A DNA stretch of 64,000 nucleotides from Tubiluchus corallicola (lineage: Eukaryota; Animalia; Priapulida): NCBI GenBank assembly GCA_030141605.1, contig JAQGDQ010000011.1:430066-494065 (forward strand), written 5' to 3'. The notes under the pieces are model-generated. The model saw only the letters and a program-made list of their open reading frames with translations. It was not told where the DNA came from and searched no databases. The translations under genes were made by a program, and so were the position numbers. Each line of letters starts with the position of its first letter. The first letter of the stretch is position 1. Below, in pieces: positions 62,301-64,000 of the stretch.

Positions 62301-63774
62301 AATAATCTTATTATTTCGGGATAAGAAGATTAATAAGATAGATTAGTTGGGATAAAATCGCAATTTGATAGGAAAACAAACGCCCGCGCGTTCTAGAGAA
62401 TAGAGAATAAAATAGCTCTATTTTTTCACATTTTAAAATTGTTGGTAGTGGTAATTTATTGTCAAAAAACTAGTTGATATAAAGTTTACCTAAGTAGGTA
62501 AAATTGTAAACATTAAAGCTGTACACACATTCCCGCCTATAAGTGACAAATTTAGTTGAAAAAAATATTTATAAAACTGTACAAAACTTCATGTACGTGA
62601 ATATATTTTGAGACTTTAGTACTTTGAGACTTTAATAATGAATTTTCCTTAAAGGAGAAAATGGAATTTTAAAGTATATCCCATCGAAATTTCCATGCAA
62701 AGTTATATTACTTAACATTACGCTTGCCCGTTTGAAAATCTGATGTAATTGAAAAAGAAAATGTTCGTGTCAACTGGTAAAACTGCTTCGCCGTCCCAGT
62801 GTGCACCAGTGTTAATTCACGAAAAATCACGTTTTCCATTTTGTCTACAATATTAAGTGATTGAAAGTTTTCCTTAGTTAGCGAAGAGCTACGAATGCCC
62901 TGATTATTTCTCAAACTCTAAGCAATATTATCTAAATTTCTTGATCTGAAGTTTCTGAATTAATCTGAATATTATTCAAACTACTTGCTAGCAAAATGCT
63001 CCTACCTGTCAACACGGGAGTTTAAATTCACAACTTCTATACAGTATTACTGCTAACACAAGCTCTGTATGCAATAAGATAGCATGTACGTGAAACAAAA
63101 TTTCAAAACGAATTTTACAAGCTTTATTTAGGAAGAGTGCTTTTTTGTACTTTAAGTATGTGTAATTGAAAATTTTACGTTTTAGGGACAAAATCCAAGT
63201 TTTTTACTTAACACATTTTAAAAGGACGAGCATAAAAATTTAGCCCAATACTACTTTTAAAATCCGTGATTTACAACGTCCGTTTTAGGTGTCTGAAACC
63301 ATGTAAATCACCACGTTTCATATAAAAATTTTTTCCAGACGTTTGGCTTTGATAACTTCAGAACATTTTCTAATTGGACAATGCTTCGCGTGTAATCTAG
63401 TAGATTACGCATGGGCTTCTCTTTCTACGTGTTTTCTAACATTTAACGCAGGTTTAAAGTTTTTTTTGGAGTATGGCGTGTTATGCTTTTTTACTTTTCA
63501 TTAACGCTGCGTGTGGCTTCTGTTTTCTTTGTTGGTTTAGCACTTCGCTGTTTAGTGTTGCCTTGATAACAGTTACATCTCAGTAATTGCATTGTCGCTC
63601 CACCTACCTTCCATCACGTAAACTGATGAACCTTCTTCGCCTTCTCTGATGATAATGCTGCCTTCTTTGTGTTCCACGCTGAACATTATGGCTACAATGT
63701 CGTTTATTTGTGGCTTCTCTAGATGCTTCATGAATTCGTTTTCCAGTATGGCGTTCTTTATCAAATCTCTTGTT
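23486..63774 (-). CDS. PRKG1: cGMP-dependent protein kinase (PKG I / foraging-like), 5'-partial; leucine zipper and autoinhibitory exon(s) lie beyond the window
   Basis: complement(join 63774-63608, 62067-61954, 46926-46821, 43695-43632, 41746-41669, 39846-39743, 39085-39014, 37091-37005, 35827-35740, 35246-35107, 34050-33961, 25352-25211, 25087-24924, 24430-24308, 24226-24097, 23584-23486) = 1768 nt, phase-consistent, [43 protein letters not shown], kinase LGVGGFGRV / YRDLKPEN / DFGFAK / [15 protein letters not shown] tail NFDDYP..GWDREF*. Confidence 0.95.
24097..24226 (-). CDS. PRKG1: PKG exon (kinase C-lobe end)
   Basis: [22 protein letters not shown]. Confidence 0.92.
24308..24430 (-). 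CDS. PRKG1: PKG exon
   Basis: [25 protein letters not shown](R). Confidence 0.92.
24590..24860. repeat. low-complexity (TTTTA)/(TTCA)/(AGTC) microsatellites
   Basis: Direct inspection. Confidence 0.8.
24924..25087 (-). CDS. PRKG1: PKG exon (DFG and activation loop)
   Basis: [43 protein letters not shown]. Confidence 0.95.
25211..25352 (-). CDS. PRKG1: PKG exon (catalytic loop)
   Basis: [27 protein letters not shown]. Confidence 0.95.
29249..29334. repeat. (GA)n microsatellite
   Basis: Direct inspection. Confidence 0.95.
29494..29813. mobile_element. foldback / MITE-like palindrome with arms of about 140 bp
   Basis: TAAGCAGATTTTCT..TTCAAAACTCAATCTT..TTGTTTAGCCATGAACCTG..ACAATGTGCATTAG is mirrored by CTAATGCACATTGT..CAGGTTCATGGCTAAACAA..AAGATTGAGTTTTGAA..AGAAAATATGCTTA; TA at both ends. 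Confidence 0.85.
33215..33678. repeat. compound (AATG)/(AACG)/(AAATG)/(AAAAT) microsatellite
   Basis: Direct inspection. Confidence 0.95.
33961..34050 (-). CDS. PRKG1: PKG exon (hinge)
   Basis: [29 protein letters not shown](R). Confidence 0.95.
34446..35146. repeat. 47-bp minisatellite, 15 copies, overlapping a PKG exon-intron junction
   Basis: Unit approximately GCTGTCTTACCTAGTAATGAAATAACACTGGCAAGCTTGCATTATTT; 47-bp spacing, one unit shortened by 10 bp at about 34938. Confidence 0.95.
35107..35246 (-). CDS. PRKG1: PKG exon (beta3 Lys, alphaC)
   Basis: [46 protein letters not shown](R). Confidence 0.92.
35498..35565. repeat. (CAT)n microsatellite
   Basis: Direct inspection. Confidence 0.9.
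35740..35827 (-). CDS. PRKG1: PKG exon (Gly-rich loop)
   Basis: [23 protein letters not shown]. Confidence 0.92.
36439..36686. mobile_element. hAT (Tip100-like) MITE, 248 bp
   Basis: TIR CAGGGCCGTCTTAAC / GTTAAGAAGGCCCTG; 8-bp TSD CTTATTGT / CATATTGT. Confidence 0.85.
37005..37091 (-). CDS. PRKG1: PKG exon (CNB-B alphaB/alphaC, canonical form)
   Basis: [28 protein letters not shown](R); tttcag acceptor, gtata donor; phase 2-2. Confidence 0.8.
37591..38285 (+). mobile_element. apparently full-length family A Kolobok-like non-autonomous transposon (695 bp)
   Basis: TTAA on both sides (37587-37590, 38286-38289); termini AGCACAGGAAAA..TGTTCTTGTCCT; core shared with four other copies. Confidence 0.8.
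38507..38584 (-). CDS. PRKG1: candidate alternative (mutually exclusive or cassette) PKG exon
   Basis: tgacag acceptor, GTGAGT donor, 78 nt, phase 2-2, open frame [25 protein letters not shown](R). Confidence 0.5.
39014..39085 (-). CDS. PRKG1: PKG exon (CNB-B phosphate-binding cassette end)
   Basis: [23 protein letters not shown]. Confidence 0.92.
39743..39846 (-). CDS. PRKG1: PKG exon (CNB-B)
   Basis: [21 protein letters not shown](G). Confidence 0.92.
40008..40600. mobile_element. inverted-repeat element containing a 53-bp tandem repeat (about 2.6 copies, 40131-40270)
   Basis: Imperfect ~40-bp arms at 40008-40050 and 40557-40600; internal unit GCTTCAATGTTGAGGGGTATGATTGGAGCAGTGACCCTCGTACGTCTCGCATA. 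Confidence 0.6.
41135..41580. repeat. compound trinucleotide microsatellite (GTT/GCT, then GCA, then GTT/GCT)
   Basis: Direct inspection. Confidence 0.9.
41669..41746 (-). CDS. PRKG1: PKG exon (CNB-B)
   Basis: [26 protein letters not shown]. Confidence 0.95.
41785..41897. repeat. (CAT/CGT)n microsatellite
   Basis: Direct inspection. Confidence 0.85.
42356..42821 (+). mobile_element. family A TTAA-flanked element copy
   Basis: TTAA+AGCACAAGAAAACACTC start; shared core at 42489-42560. Confidence 0.75.
43120..43492. mobile_element. degenerate hAT-type MITE
   Basis: Ends CATGGTCGGGTTA / TAGTCCGGCCCTA resemble CAGGGCCGG TIRs; subterminal GGGCCCTAGG. Confidence 0.45.
43632..43695 (-). CDS. PRKG1: PKG exon
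   Basis: [21 protein letters not shown]. Confidence 0.92.
46821..46926 (-). CDS. PRKG1: PKG exon (CNB-A end)
   Basis: [34 protein letters not shown](S). Confidence 0.92.
47243..47830 (-). mobile_element. decayed non-LTR retrotransposon 3' end; boundaries approximate
   Basis: Minus-strand AATAAA followed by a (TCA)n tail at about 47243-47265; upstream frames give W..HWQR..KRTIF..V and KLVVGH, reminiscent of LINE ORF2 C-termini. Confidence 0.35.
48222..48300 (+). mobile_element. tRNA-derived SINE head
   Basis: A-box-like TGGCAAAGTGG and B-box-like GAGTTCAAGTC at tRNA-like spacing; no intact cloverleaf. Confidence 0.45.
51652..51980 (+). mobile_element. family A element copy (3'-truncated)
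   Basis: TTAA+AGTACAAGAAAACACTC start; core ACCGTTAGGCGCAGCCATTT. Confidence 0.7.
53371..53896. mobile_element. TTAA-flanked Kolobok-like MITE, second family (526 bp)
   Basis: TTAA|AGGAAAGGACAAG ... CTTGTCTTTTCCT|TTAA. Confidence 0.75.
54334..55182 (-). CDS. PRKG1: candidate large alternative PKG exon (849 nt; disordered Ser/Pro/Arg-rich, about 280 aa)
   Basis: Lies within ORF 54266-55174. tttccag acceptor at 55184-55183, ACAATGG start context at 55174, AAA|GTAAGA donor after 54334. Phase 1-1, in frame with the flanking PKG exons; locally GC-rich. Confidence 0.65.
56200..56610. repeat. 51-bp minisatellite, about 8 copies
   Basis: Unit GAAGATGTCTTCAATAGAACATAATTGTGCAGCAGTTGGCTAG(C/T)CTCATAT. 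Confidence 0.9.
61126..61205. repeat. (CTGT)n microsatellite
   Basis: Direct inspection. Confidence 0.85.
61954..62067 (-). CDS. PRKG1: PKG exon (CNB-A phosphate-binding cassette)
   Basis: [30 protein letters not shown]. Confidence 0.95.
63608..63774 (-). CDS. PRKG1: PKG exon (CNB-A start)
   Basis: [42 protein letters not shown]. Confidence 0.92.
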
Positions 63775-64000
63775 CTGTAAAAGACAATCTTGTTCTGTAA
63801 ATCTTACTGGTGATGGGGAAAACGAATTCTTAAAATGAAAATAGCATTTTCTTCGGTAGATTGTTGCCTGGATCATGAGCATGCTATGGTTGAAGTTGCT
63901 TAAAGGAAAACCGGTTCCAGTCTATCTTAAACTTAAGTTCAAAACAATCTACTCTGTGAAATATTTAAAGAGAACGCACTATTTTTTCATGAATGGGTTA

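Overview
Intron-rich, AT-rich eukaryotic DNA from a bilaterian animal, probably an invertebrate; the species cannot be determined from the sequence. I assembled three protein-coding genes by hand with phase-consistent GT-AG introns. (1) The last two coding exons of an ADMP-type BMP/TGF-beta ligand (+, 606-1976). (2) A complete 13-exon, 650-aa SLC23/NAT (nucleobase-ascorbate transporter) family gene (-, 5961-19941) whose ion/substrate-binding motifs have degenerated. (3) A 5'-truncated cGMP-dependent protein kinase (PRKG1/foraging-like) gene (-, 23486-63774; 16 core exons visible). Introns hold many micro/minisatellites, hAT and Tc1/mariner-type MITEs, a multi-copy TTAA-flanked (Kolobok-like) element family, foldback palindromes and SINE/LINE remnants. 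The most unusual signals are in the PKG gene: an 849-nt frame-preserving exon inside the first cGMP-binding domain intron, a candidate mutually exclusive exon for the CNB-B capping helix, and a 15-copy 47-bp minisatellite amplified from a real exon/5'-splice-site junction. I found no CRISPR array, rRNA or true tRNA gene. All gene models and isoforms are sequence inferences without RNA evidence.
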